Positions 16,722-24,675 of a stretch of 24,977 nt of DNA are shown one piece after another. Below the pieces are notes generated by a model, which was not told the DNA's origin, made no database searches, and was given only the letters and a program-made list of their open reading frames with translations. Positions within the stretch are counted from its first letter, which is position 1. Every line of letters begins with the position of its first letter. The position numbers and the translations under genes are program-made. The DNA is taken from assembly GCA_030433225.1 (NCBI GenBank), contig JAUIMD010000001.1, positions 1-24,977 of the forward strand, written 5' to 3'. The DNA is from Bacteroidia bacterium. GTDB lineage: Bacteria; Bacteroidota; Bacteroidia; Bacteroidales; UBA5342.

Positions 16722-17819
16722 TTAGTTGATCTGTATGTCGGTAATAAAGTTATTTAGCCATGGCAAATTGTGTGCAAAAGTTTCGGGAGAAGCCAGGTAC
16801 ACCATTTTAAAGTACGCCTGTTTTCCTTCCAGAAAAACGTATTTACACTTAAAGTAATTGTTGCGTTCCACATCGTAAAATACGCCATCGCTAAGCGGCG
16901 CATCGTTGCTAAGCTCTTTACTGGTAATGGATGAGTCGGCCAGGCTTTCCTCAATAAACGTAACAAAGCTACGCTTCGGACGCTTTGGCTCCCAGTTGAC
17001 CATGATTAAGTCGGTAATGCCGCGTTTCTCGGTAAATCCGGCCATCAGGCTGTTTTTATCCGGATACTGATAAAAATCGAGCCACTCTGGCAGCGGGATG
17101 GTAACTCCGGCGTTTTCATCTTTCAACTCATAATCGGTACCCAGTTCTTTTGCATACGTTTTATGCAACAACAACTGTACATTAATGGGGAAGGCACATG
17201 TAGTAATCTGCTCTGTTAACTTGCGAAGTTTTTCCACTTCTTCATCCAAATCATCTCCCGAAAAAATAGGGTTGATGATGGATATAATGTGCTTATTGGA
17301 CACAAAGGTTAAATTCACCTGGTGGGTAATGTTATCGAAGTTCATATCGCCATTACCCGTATGCCGAAGCACCATGGCCAGTTTTTCGTTATCGTACTTG
17401 CTTTTGTATTTGGCCCGATAGCTCCACACTAAAAAGTTTTTTTGATTGATGTTGTGAATCATTTCCTTTTTCAGTTCGAGGCTTCGCCCAAACGATTTTT
17501 TTAAATAGGAGGTTTCACTTTTCATAAAGTTATACAACAGCTCTTTCTCCAGTTCAGGATTATCAAATAAAAGATACTTCTCCGAATCGAACGGGATACT
17601 CAGAATTTGTGTATGGCGGCCAAACAGCGAATACACATTATCGCCGCCGGTAGGTGCAAAATCTCCTTTTTGAAACTCAATGGAGAAATAATTACCGGCC
17701 TGGTTGTTCACATACACGGTATGGTCATTGGTATCTACAACATAAACACCATCTTCTGCTATTGCCCTTACACCGGTAAGCAAGGCAACGAAAGCTAAAA
17801 GTAAGTTTAATTTTTTCAT
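16722..17819 (-). CDS. Hypothetical secreted protein, 365 aa
   Basis: Long ORF with Sec-type signal peptide MKKLNLLLAFVALLTGVRA; own -7 element and terminator. The ORF-track start at 17825 is GTG; ATG at 17819. No family recognised. Confidence 0.8.
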   Translation of the reverse strand: MKKLNLLLAFVALLTGVRAIAEDGVYVVDTNDHTVYVNNQAGNYFSIEFQKGDFAPTGGDNVYSLFGRHTQILSIPFDSEKYLLFDNPELEKELLYNFMKSETSYLKKSFGRSLELKKEMIHNINQKNFLVWSYRAKYKSKYDNEKLAMVLRHTGNGDMNFDNITHQVNLTFVSNKHIISIINPIFSGDDLDEEVEKLRKLTEQITTCAFPINVQLLLHKTYAKELGTDYELKDENAGVTIPLPEWLDFYQYPDKNSLMAGFTEKRGITDLIMVNWEPKRPKRSFVTFIEESLADSSITSKELSNDAPLSDGVFYDVERNNYFKCKYVFLEGKQAYFKMVYLASPETFAHNLPWLNNFITDIQIN

Positions 17820-17906
17820 GAGCACTGGTATTTATTTTTTCACAATTAACAGTAACGTAATCCTGATTAGCATTTAACCTAATCTTTTATTTACATTACA
17901 TGCCTA

Positions 17907-17914
17907 CAAATATA
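17907..17914 (-). promoter_or_regulatory. -7 promoter element for the hypothetical gene
   Basis: Minus strand TATATTTG = TAnnTTTG. Confidence 0.5.
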
Positions 17915-18066
17915 ATAAAATAATCTTTATTTTACATTAAATAAACATACATAAAACAGGTTTACCTCCTGAAAGCGGCATTGCTCCTCAACAATTCGCC
18001 TTAAAAATCTTCTCCTCATCCACCTGAATATTGTACATTCGTACCCTCATTTTAAATTGGACAACC

Positions 18067-19461
18067 ATGTTTAGCAAGGAAGTGTATATGCAACGGAGGC
18101 AAAAGCTTATGAAAGCCGTAGGAAATGGCCTCATCCTTTTAACCGGCAACCGGCACTCGCCTATGAACTGTGCCGGCAATACCTATAAATTCAGGCAAGA
18201 CAGTACCTTTCTCTACTTTTTTGGACTGGACGAAGCGGACGTGAATGCCACGCTGGATTGCGATAGCGGCGTGGTAACGGTATATGGAAATGACCTGAGC
18301 ATGGACGATATTATTTGGATGGGTCCCCAACCCTCTTTGCGCGATAAAGCCGGGCTTTGTGGGGTGGAACACACCAAAACAGCTGCTGACATTTTTACCG
18401 TGGTGAAAGACGCCAAAAAAGCAGGACAAACCGTACACATCCTCCCCCCCTATCGCCCCGAAAATAAAATATTTCTTGCCGAACTGCTGAACTGCCCCAT
18501 TGCCGCACTCGATACCTACCCATCTGACATACTCATACGGAGTTGTGTGGCCTTGCGTTCTGTTAAGGAAAAGGTAGAACTGCTTGAAATTGAGCACCAA
18601 ATGGACAACGCCTACCTCATGCACACTACAGCCATGTGGATGGCACAACCCGGCACGTACGAGCATCAAATTTCGGGTGCACTGGAAGGCATCGCCCTGG
18701 GAGCCAACGGAGCTGTATCTTTTCCCATCATCCTTGCCAGGAACGGACAAACCCTGCACAACCACAACCACGACAATATGCTGCAAAAAGGAGATTTACT
18801 TTTGGTGGATGCCGGTTGCGAATCGCAATTGCATTATGCTACCGACCACACCCGTACCTCGCCGGTAGGTGGTAAGTTTACCAACCAGCAGCGTGAAATT
18901 TACGATATTGTACTGGCGGCTAACAATGCTGCCACGGCCATGGCAAAACCAGGAGTGCTCTACCGCGATTGCCACCTCACCGCTGCCCGCGTAATTGCAG
19001 CCGGCCTGAAAGAAGTTGGACTGATGAAAGGCGATGTGGATGAGGCGGTTGCCCTTGGTGCACATGCCCTGTTTTTTCCGCACGGCCTGGGCCATATGAT
19101 GGGCCTGGATGTACACGACATGGAAGACTATGGCGAGGATTACGTAGGCTATACCGATTCCATTAAACGAAGTACTCAGTTTGGAACCTGTAACCTCAGG
19201 CTGGCAAGAGCGTTGGAGCCCAACTTTGTGGTAACCAACGAACCGGGCATTTATTTTATTCCGGAGCTGATGGATTTGTGGAAAAGCGAAAACAAATTCC
19301 GGGACTTTATCCTCTACGAAAAACTTGAGCGCTACCGCACGTTTGGAGGAATTCGCCTGGAAGACGACATCGTCATTACCGAAGGCGGAAGTCGAAATCT
19401 TGGAAAACGAATTCCCATAACCCCCGATGAAGTAGAAGCAGTGGTGAACGGACTTCAATAG
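18067..19461 (+). CDS. pepP: Xaa-Pro aminopeptidase (peptidase M24B)
   Basis: FRQDSTFLYFFG, metal-ligand motifs LLVDAG, ATDHTRT, FFPHGLGHMMGLDVHD, TNEPGIYF, GGIRLEDDI. ATG 18067 (MFSKEVY) preferred over TTG 18031. Confidence 0.93.
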   Translation: MFSKEVYMQRRQKLMKAVGNGLILLTGNRHSPMNCAGNTYKFRQDSTFLYFFGLDEADVNATLDCDSGVVTVYGNDLSMDDIIWMGPQPSLRDKAGLCGVEHTKTAADIFTVVKDAKKAGQTVHILPPYRPENKIFLAELLNCPIAALDTYPSDILIRSCVALRSVKEKVELLEIEHQMDNAYLMHTTAMWMAQPGTYEHQISGALEGIALGANGAVSFPIILARNGQTLHNHNHDNMLQKGDLLLVDAGCESQLHYATDHTRTSPVGGKFTNQQREIYDIVLAANNAATAMAKPGVLYRDCHLTAARVIAAGLKEVGLMKGDVDEAVALGAHALFFPHGLGHMMGLDVHDMEDYGEDYVGYTDSIKRSTQFGTCNLRLARALEPNFVVTNEPGIYFIPELMDLWKSENKFRDFILYEKLERYRTFGGIRLEDDIVITEGGSRNLGKRIPITPDEVEAVVNGLQ

Positions 19462-19506
19462 CATTTTTACGCGTTAGCACCGGCACCTTTGCTCATGCAC
19501 CTTTTA

Positions 19507-19522
19507 ACGTAATCGTTTGCGT
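19507..19522. promoter_or_regulatory. LacI-type operator, distal
   Basis: ACGTAATCGTTTGCGT pseudo-palindrome with central CG; shares AATCGTTTGCGT with the proximal site. Confidence 0.6.
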
Positions 19523-19641
19523 TTACACACCCGTTTACATGCAAACCATCGGAACCCTTGCGACCCCGAAAGCCGAATCCACATGACCTAAAAAGCTGAT
19601 TATTTGCATTTTTCATGTGGACGAAATTTATTTCCCTAAAA

Positions 19642-19657
19642 AAGCAATCGTTTGCGT
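19642..19657. promoter_or_regulatory. LacI-type operator, proximal, within the lacI promoter region
   Basis: AAGCAATCGTTTGCGT (core GCAATCGTTTGC), PurR/LacI-like GCAAnCGnTTGC geometry, 8 nt upstream of the -7 element. Confidence 0.7.
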
Positions 19658-19665
19658 AAATATTG

Positions 19666-19673
19666 TATATTTG
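19666..19673 (+). promoter_or_regulatory. -7 promoter element for the lacI-kduI-kduD operon
   Basis: TATATTTG = TAnnTTTG, 16 nt before ATG 19690. Confidence 0.65.
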
Positions 19674-19689
19674 TGACGCAAAATTGCAT

Positions 19690-20706
19690 ATGCGTAAAAA
19701 AGTAACCATAAAAGACATTGCCAAAGAGCTGAATACGGCCTCTTCAACCGTATCAAGGGCACTTAACAATTTGCCCGGAGTTGGCGAGGCGCGTAGGTTA
19801 CACATTTTAAACACTGCCAAGGCCCTGGGTTACGAACCCAATTTGCTGGCACAGCAGTTACGCAAAGGGCACAGCAACACCATCGGGCTGATTGTTCCGC
19901 AAATAAACCGGCAATTCTTTGCCAACGTTATACATAGCATTGAGATGGTGGCGAAAGAAAAAGGCTTTAACGTGCTGATATCTCAATCGAATGAAAGTGA
20001 CGTAAACGAGCGGGACAGCATGAAGGCATTAATAGCCAGCAATGTAGCGGGCATAATTATGTCGGTTAGTGCGCAGGCCCGCGATTTAGGCCCCTACCTC
20101 GAAGTGCTCGAAAAACAAATACCGCTGGTAATGTTTGACCGCACCCTGAACAACCTGGATGTACATAATGTAATAAACGACAACGAGCTGAGCGCATACA
20201 ACGCAGTAACCCACCTCATTGAGCAAGGCTACCGTCACATTGTGCATTTTGCAGGGCCGCAGCATCTCGACATTTACAGCCTTAGACTAAAAGGCTACAA
20301 ACGCGCCCTACGCGACCACGGTCTGCCATTTGAACCTACACGGGTACTTACACAGGTAAACAATCGTGAGGCCGGAAAGGAAGCAGCCAGGATGCTTTTG
20401 GAAAACAACATTCGCTTTGATGCCATCCATGCAGCCAGCGATTACTCCGCCCTGGGAGCCATGCTTTACCTGCGCAAAAAGGGCATTCAGGTTCCGCAGC
20501 AGGTGGGCATTGTGGGGTGTGCCAACGAGCCGTTCACCGAGCTGATTGGCCTAAGCTCCATAGAGCAATACAGCGAAGAGGTGGGCAAAGCGGCCGCCCG
20601 CTTATTATTTGAAGATATTGAGTTGCAGGCCGAACGGCCTGTCAGCAAAAAAATAAGTTTTACTCCAACGTTAATAATCCGAGAATCTTCTAAAAAAATC
20701 AATTAA
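19690..20706 (+). CDS. LacI-family transcriptional regulator (KdgR-like role inferred from context)
   Basis: HTH VTIKDIAKELNTASSTVSRALN, hinge LGYEPNLLAQQLRKG, sugar-binding domain TIGLIVP..VMFDR..LIIRESS. ATG 19690 preferred because the ORF-track TTG 19663 lies upstream of the -7 element. Confidence 0.95.
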   Translation: MRKKVTIKDIAKELNTASSTVSRALNNLPGVGEARRLHILNTAKALGYEPNLLAQQLRKGHSNTIGLIVPQINRQFFANVIHSIEMVAKEKGFNVLISQSNESDVNERDSMKALIASNVAGIIMSVSAQARDLGPYLEVLEKQIPLVMFDRTLNNLDVHNVINDNELSAYNAVTHLIEQGYRHIVHFAGPQHLDIYSLRLKGYKRALRDHGLPFEPTRVLTQVNNREAGKEAARMLLENNIRFDAIHAASDYSALGAMLYLRKKGIQVPQQVGIVGCANEPFTELIGLSSIEQYSEEVGKAAARLLFEDIELQAERPVSKKISFTPTLIIRESSKKIN

Positions 20707-20718
20707 ATATTTTAGTGT

Positions 20719-21561
20719 ATGGCAACCATTTATGAAGAAAGATACGCTTACCATCCCGATGATGTGAAGTCGTACGACACAGAGAAAATCCGCAAAGAAT
20801 TTTTAGTTCAAAACATTTTTGTACCCGGAGATGTACGCATGGTGTACTCCCAAATTGAGCGGTACATAGTAGGTGGCGCCACTCCAACCGACAAGCCTTT
20901 GTTGCTGGAAGCCATTGACCCGATAAAAGCACCGTATTTCTGCGACCGCCGTGAAGTAGGCGTAATTAACGTGGGTGGAAGCGGAAGCGTTTCGGTAGAC
21001 GGCAAAGAGTACAAGCTGGAATACAAAGACGGCTTGTACATTGGCAAAGGCAGCAAAGAAGTGGTATTTAAATCGGACGATGCCGCAAAGCCTGCTTTGT
21101 TTTATTTTAACTCGGCACCCGCCCACAAAGAATTTCCAGTAAAACACGTTACCCTGGCCGATGCGCCGAAACTTCACCTGGGCAGCACTGCCACGTCCAA
21201 CGAACGCGACATTAACCAAATGATGATCAACTCGGTGGTGGATACCTGCCAGTTGCAAATGGGCATGACAGAATTGAATGAAGGCTGTGTGTGGAATACC
21301 ATGCCAGCGCATACCCACAGCCGCCGCAACGAGGTGTACTTTTATTTTGAAGTTCCCGAGGGACAGGCAGTATGCCACTTTATGGGGCAGCCAAAGGAAA
21401 CGCGCCACATCTGGATGCAAAACAACGAGGCTGTAATCTCACCTCCCTGGTCCATCCACAGCGCCGCAGGCACTTCCAACTATATTTTTATATGGGGAAT
21501 GGCCGGTGAAAACCTGGATTATTCCGACATGGACATTATCCAACCCAATGAATTAAAATAA
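20719..21561 (+). CDS. kduI: 5-dehydro-4-deoxy-D-glucuronate (DKI) isomerase KduI
   Basis: RYAYHPDDVK, YSQIERYIVGG, RREVGVINVGG, QLQMGMTEL, WNTMPAHTHSRRNEVYFYF, AVISPPWSIHSAAGTSNYIFIWGMAGENLDYSDMD. Confidence 0.96.
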   Translation: MATIYEERYAYHPDDVKSYDTEKIRKEFLVQNIFVPGDVRMVYSQIERYIVGGATPTDKPLLLEAIDPIKAPYFCDRREVGVINVGGSGSVSVDGKEYKLEYKDGLYIGKGSKEVVFKSDDAAKPALFYFNSAPAHKEFPVKHVTLADAPKLHLGSTATSNERDINQMMINSVVDTCQLQMGMTELNEGCVWNTMPAHTHSRRNEVYFYFEVPEGQAVCHFMGQPKETRHIWMQNNEAVISPPWSIHSAAGTSNYIFIWGMAGENLDYSDMDIIQPNELK

Positions 21562-21591
21562 TCCCAACAGTTTAAAGAAGAAGCAAAAACA

Positions 21592-22389
21592 ATGATTAAC
21601 GAATTATTTGATTTAACAGGAAAGGTTGCCCTGGTTACAGGTGGAACCCACGGCATTGGCATGGCATGCGGTAAAGTACTGGCCAAAGCGGGTGCAAAAC
21701 TTTGCGTAAACGACATAAACGATGAAAAACTTGCCGAGTGCAAAGCAGAATATGCAAAAGACGGCATTGATGTTTACACCGTTAAGTTTAACGTAACCGA
21801 CGAAGCAGACGTAGATAAAGGAGTAAGCCAGATTGAAGCGGAAGTTGGCCCCATTGATATTTTGGTGAACAACGCCGGCATCATTAAGCGCATCCCTATT
21901 TTGGACATGCCTATGGACGATTTCCGCCAGGTAATTGATGTGGATTTGGTGGCGCCCCTGATTGTTGCCAAACGCATTGCACCGGGCATGATTGAGCGTC
22001 GCACCGGAAAAATCATCAACATGTGTTCAATGATGAGTGTATACGGTCGTCAGAACGTTTCGGCATACGCAGCAGCTAAAGGCGGCTTAAAACTGCTGAC
22101 CGAAAACATGACCTGTGAGTGGGCAAAATACAACATTCAGGTAAACGGTATTGGACCGGGTTACATTGCCACTTCGCAAACCGCTCCTATCCGTGTAAAT
22201 GGCCATCCGTTTAACGACCTGGTAATGACACGTACTCCGGCAGGACGATGGGGTGAGCCTGAAGATGTTGGGAACGCCTGCTTGTTCCTGTCCTCGAACG
22301 CAGCCAATTTTGTGAACGGACACATCCTGTATGTGGATGGCGGAATACTTGCCAACTTTGGTTACGTAAAAGGCGAAAACGAAATTTAA
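21592..22389 (+). CDS. kduD: SDR oxidoreductase, KduD/gluconate 5-dehydrogenase type
   Basis: TGGTHGIG, ILVNNAGIIKR, YAAAKGG, QVNGIGPGYIAT, RTPAGRWGEPED, NGHILYVDGG; directly after kduI. Confidence 0.85.
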   Translation: MINELFDLTGKVALVTGGTHGIGMACGKVLAKAGAKLCVNDINDEKLAECKAEYAKDGIDVYTVKFNVTDEADVDKGVSQIEAEVGPIDILVNNAGIIKRIPILDMPMDDFRQVIDVDLVAPLIVAKRIAPGMIERRTGKIINMCSMMSVYGRQNVSAYAAAKGGLKLLTENMTCEWAKYNIQVNGIGPGYIATSQTAPIRVNGHPFNDLVMTRTPAGRWGEPEDVGNACLFLSSNAANFVNGHILYVDGGILANFGYVKGENEI

Positions 22390-22428
22390 ATCCAACCCAC
22401 CCAACATCCGTTTTAGGATGAAGTTTTA

Positions 22429-22465
22429 AAAAAGGCACTATGTACACTATTCATGGTGCCTTTTT
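22429..22465 (+). terminator. Intrinsic terminator of lacI-kduI-kduD
   Basis: AAAAAGGCACTATG-N9-CATGGTGCCTTTTT stem with one G-U pair, ending in a T run. Confidence 0.8.
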
Positions 22466-22598
22466 CTTACTTAGCAGCCCCTGACTTTTCCCAAAAACAG
22501 CGACAAATCAACTACATTTCCCGTAAAAGTGTCTGGAAAACACGCTAGTTTTCAAAATATTTGCATTTTTGCAGCCCAAATAGAAGTTTACCCTACGC

Positions 22599-24026
22599 AT
22601 GTCAAAAGAAGATTCGAAATCCCGGGAACAGTTTTCCAGCAAAATTGGAGTAATTGCAGCAGCAGCCGGTTCGGCCATTGGCCTCGGTAACATTTGGAAA
22701 TTCCCGTATGAGGCAGGTAAAAACGGAGGTGCTGCATTTATTGTGGTGTACCTTGTTGCCATTTTAATGATTGGCTTGCCCATAATGATCTCAGAATTTG
22801 TGATTGGAAGAAAAGCCAGGGCCAATGCTGTAGGATCATTTAAAAAGCTGGCTCCCAAAACAAAATGGCATTTTACCGGGGTAATGGGGGTAGTTTCGTC
22901 GTTTATGATTTTATCGTTTTACGGCGTAGTGGCCGGCTGGACGCTTGAATACGTTTTTCTGGGCTTTCAAAATGCCTTTAAAGAACAAACACCTCAAGAC
23001 CTGAAAGCTACGTTCGATGCTTTCTCCACCAGTCCATCACGCCCCTTGTTTTGGCAATTTTTATTTATGGCACTTACCGCCTGGATAGTAGCCGCCGGCG
23101 TAAAAAAAGGCATTGAACGCATCTCCAAAATACTCATGCCGGTTCTGCTGTTAATTATTGCCATACTGTGCATCCGATCCTTATCCCTGGGCGAAAACAT
23201 TGACCCTACCACCGGGCAGGTGATTGGTTCTTCTATGGACGGTTTGCGCTTTTTGTTTCAACCCGATTTTTCCAAAATTAATGCCAACGTAATTTTAAGT
23301 GCGGTTGGGCATGCATTTTTTACCCTCAGTCTGGGCATGGGTACCATCATAACGTATGGGTCCTATGTAAATAAGAAAAACAACATCAGCAAAACGGCGT
23401 TTCAGGTTACCTTTTTAGATACGTTAATTGCCCTGCTTTCGGGCATTGCCATATTCCCGGCTGTATTTTATTTTAATGTGGAACCCGATAAGGGCCCCGG
23501 ACTGGTATTCACCATTTTGCCCAGCATTTTTCAGCAAATTGTAGGCGGGTACTTTTTTACCCTGGCCTTTTTTATGTTGCTGGCACTTGCAGCCCTCACA
23601 TCAAGTATTTCGCTGCTGGAAGTGGCCGTATCGTACTTCTCCGAGCAACTTAAGGTAGAACGCAAAAAAGCCACCCTGTATACAGCCCTTGCCATTACCC
23701 TTATAGGGGTAGCCTGTTCACTTTCCCTGGGCCCGTGGAGCAGCTTTACCGTGCTTGGCTACAATATTTTTGGCATTATGGAATACGCATCGGCCAATGT
23801 ATTGCTCCCCCTTGGAGGCCTGCTCATTGCCTTATTTATCGGCTGGTTTTTTCCACGAAACGACTTTTACGACGAGTTATCCAACAGCGGCACGCTGAAA
23901 CTGGCTTCTTTTCGTCTGTTTTTCTTCGCGGTTAAATACCTCGCTCCCATAGCCATACTGATCATATTTTTGTATTCGGCAGGCTTTTTAAAGCCATTAT
24001 TAAAATACCTCAACATTTTACTCTAA
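22599..24026 (+). CDS. Sodium-dependent transporter, NSS/SNF family (amino-acid symporter)
   Basis: REQFSSKIGVIAAAAGSAIGLGNIWKFPY..NGGAAF, AFFTLSLGMG..YGSY, GPGLVFTILP, AALTSSISLLEV; many TM segments. Confidence 0.95.
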   Translation: MSKEDSKSREQFSSKIGVIAAAAGSAIGLGNIWKFPYEAGKNGGAAFIVVYLVAILMIGLPIMISEFVIGRKARANAVGSFKKLAPKTKWHFTGVMGVVSSFMILSFYGVVAGWTLEYVFLGFQNAFKEQTPQDLKATFDAFSTSPSRPLFWQFLFMALTAWIVAAGVKKGIERISKILMPVLLLIIAILCIRSLSLGENIDPTTGQVIGSSMDGLRFLFQPDFSKINANVILSAVGHAFFTLSLGMGTIITYGSYVNKKNNISKTAFQVTFLDTLIALLSGIAIFPAVFYFNVEPDKGPGLVFTILPSIFQQIVGGYFFTLAFFMLLALAALTSSISLLEVAVSYFSEQLKVERKKATLYTALAITLIGVACSLSLGPWSSFTVLGYNIFGIMEYASANVLLPLGGLLIALFIGWFFPRNDFYDELSNSGTLKLASFRLFFFAVKYLAPIAILIIFLYSAGFLKPLLKYLNILL

Positions 24027-24053
24027 AAGATTTCGTTTCCCCGATAAATCTAT

Positions 24054-24061
24054 TATTTTTG
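24054..24061 (+). promoter_or_regulatory. -7 promoter element upstream of the tRNA leader
   Basis: TATTTTTG = TAnnTTTG; a near -33 match TTTC at 24031-24034 at 19-nt spacing. Confidence 0.65.
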
Positions 24062-24078
24062 CATCCGCGTTTTCAGAG

Positions 24079-24174
24079 ATGTTAACGCCCCAAAAACGAA
24101 GGAAAGGATCGACTTTCCGGGAACACTATATATCGTGCGGAATCAATTGGGATGAAGCACACTTGCCGAGGTAG
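24079..24174 (+). other. Candidate 31-aa small ORF / structured leader overlapping the tRNA 5' end
   Basis: ATG 24079: MLTPQKRRKGSTFREHYISCGINWDEAHLPR-TAG; the last 10 nt, including the stop, are inside the tRNA. Coding status unproven. Confidence 0.3.
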
Positions 24175-24238
24175 CTCAGCTGGTTAGAGCGCATGATTCA
24201 TAATCATGAGGTCGGCGGTTCAAGCCCGCCTCTCGGTA
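24165..24238 (+). tRNA. tRNA-Met(CAT), probably elongator; CCA not encoded
   Basis: Cloverleaf: acceptor GCCGAGG/TCTCGGT, D-arm GCTC..GAGC, anticodon arm CATGA-TTCATAA-TCATG, T-arm GGCGG-TTCAAGC-CCGCC, discriminator A. Not initiator (position 1:72 paired as G-U, no GGG/CCC anticodon stem). Ile2 (lysidine) identity not excluded. Confidence 0.95.
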
Positions 24239-24246
24239 CTGAAAAT

Positions 24247-24283
24247 AAAGCAGTTACAAATATAATTTTGTAGCTGCTTTTTT
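24247..24283 (+). terminator. Intrinsic terminator after the tRNA
   Basis: AAAGCAGTTACAAA-TATAAT-TTTGTAGCTGCTTT plus TTT; 14-bp stem with one U-G pair on the plus strand. Confidence 0.8.
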
Positions 24284-24342
24284 ATTTGCATATAATTTGC
24301 ATATGAAAATGCCTAAGAAGTATCATCAAACATAACCAAACG

Positions 24343-24372
24343 AAAAAACCGCCTCTCAAAAAGAAGCGGCTT
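24343..24372 (-). terminator. Orphan minus-strand intrinsic terminator
   Basis: Minus strand AAGCCGCTTCT-TTTTG-AGAGGCGGTTT followed by TTT; fully paired with G-U only on the minus strand (C-A mismatch on plus). Confidence 0.6.
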
Positions 24373-24675
24373 CCCTATCCAACGCCTCAGGCTACCCATA
24401 TCGTTTATAGCTTTATCCTAAGCCTTTTTACAAAACCAACACCGCAGGTCAGTTACGCTTACCTGGCCCCCAAACAAGAATTTCCTGAGAATAAATGCTT
24501 ACATTTAACACTGCTAAACTTTGTGGTAAGCATGTGTGCATACCTGTTTTGTAGCCCGCTTCCGAATTGATGATGCAAGGTGTAGCGGTACCTTGCGAAG
24601 CACCCCGGGTATGAACCAGGCGCAAAAGCCTTACCAATAGAAATTAGCGATAGAACACCCCCTAAATTAACACCT

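Noticed and set aside
18139-19464. Long minus-strand ORFs (215 aa and 222 aa) opposite pepP
   Set aside because: Antisense shadows of a gene with complete M24 motifs; translations show no protein-like motifs.
19467-19820. 117-aa minus-strand ORF
   Set aside because: Overlaps the lacI HTH in antisense and crosses its promoter and operators; no family features.
20803-21420. 205-aa minus-strand ORF
   Set aside because: Entirely antisense to kduI; no independent start signals or recognisable motifs.
24577-24660. tRNA-like fragment on the minus strand (CCTGG-TTCATAC-CCGGG, a CAT anticodon-like arm at 24604-24620, followed by a TTCG loop)
   Set aside because: No variable region, oversized D-region and poor acceptor pairing; does not fold as a cloverleaf. 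Most likely chance; tRNAscan-SE/ARAGORN would confirm.
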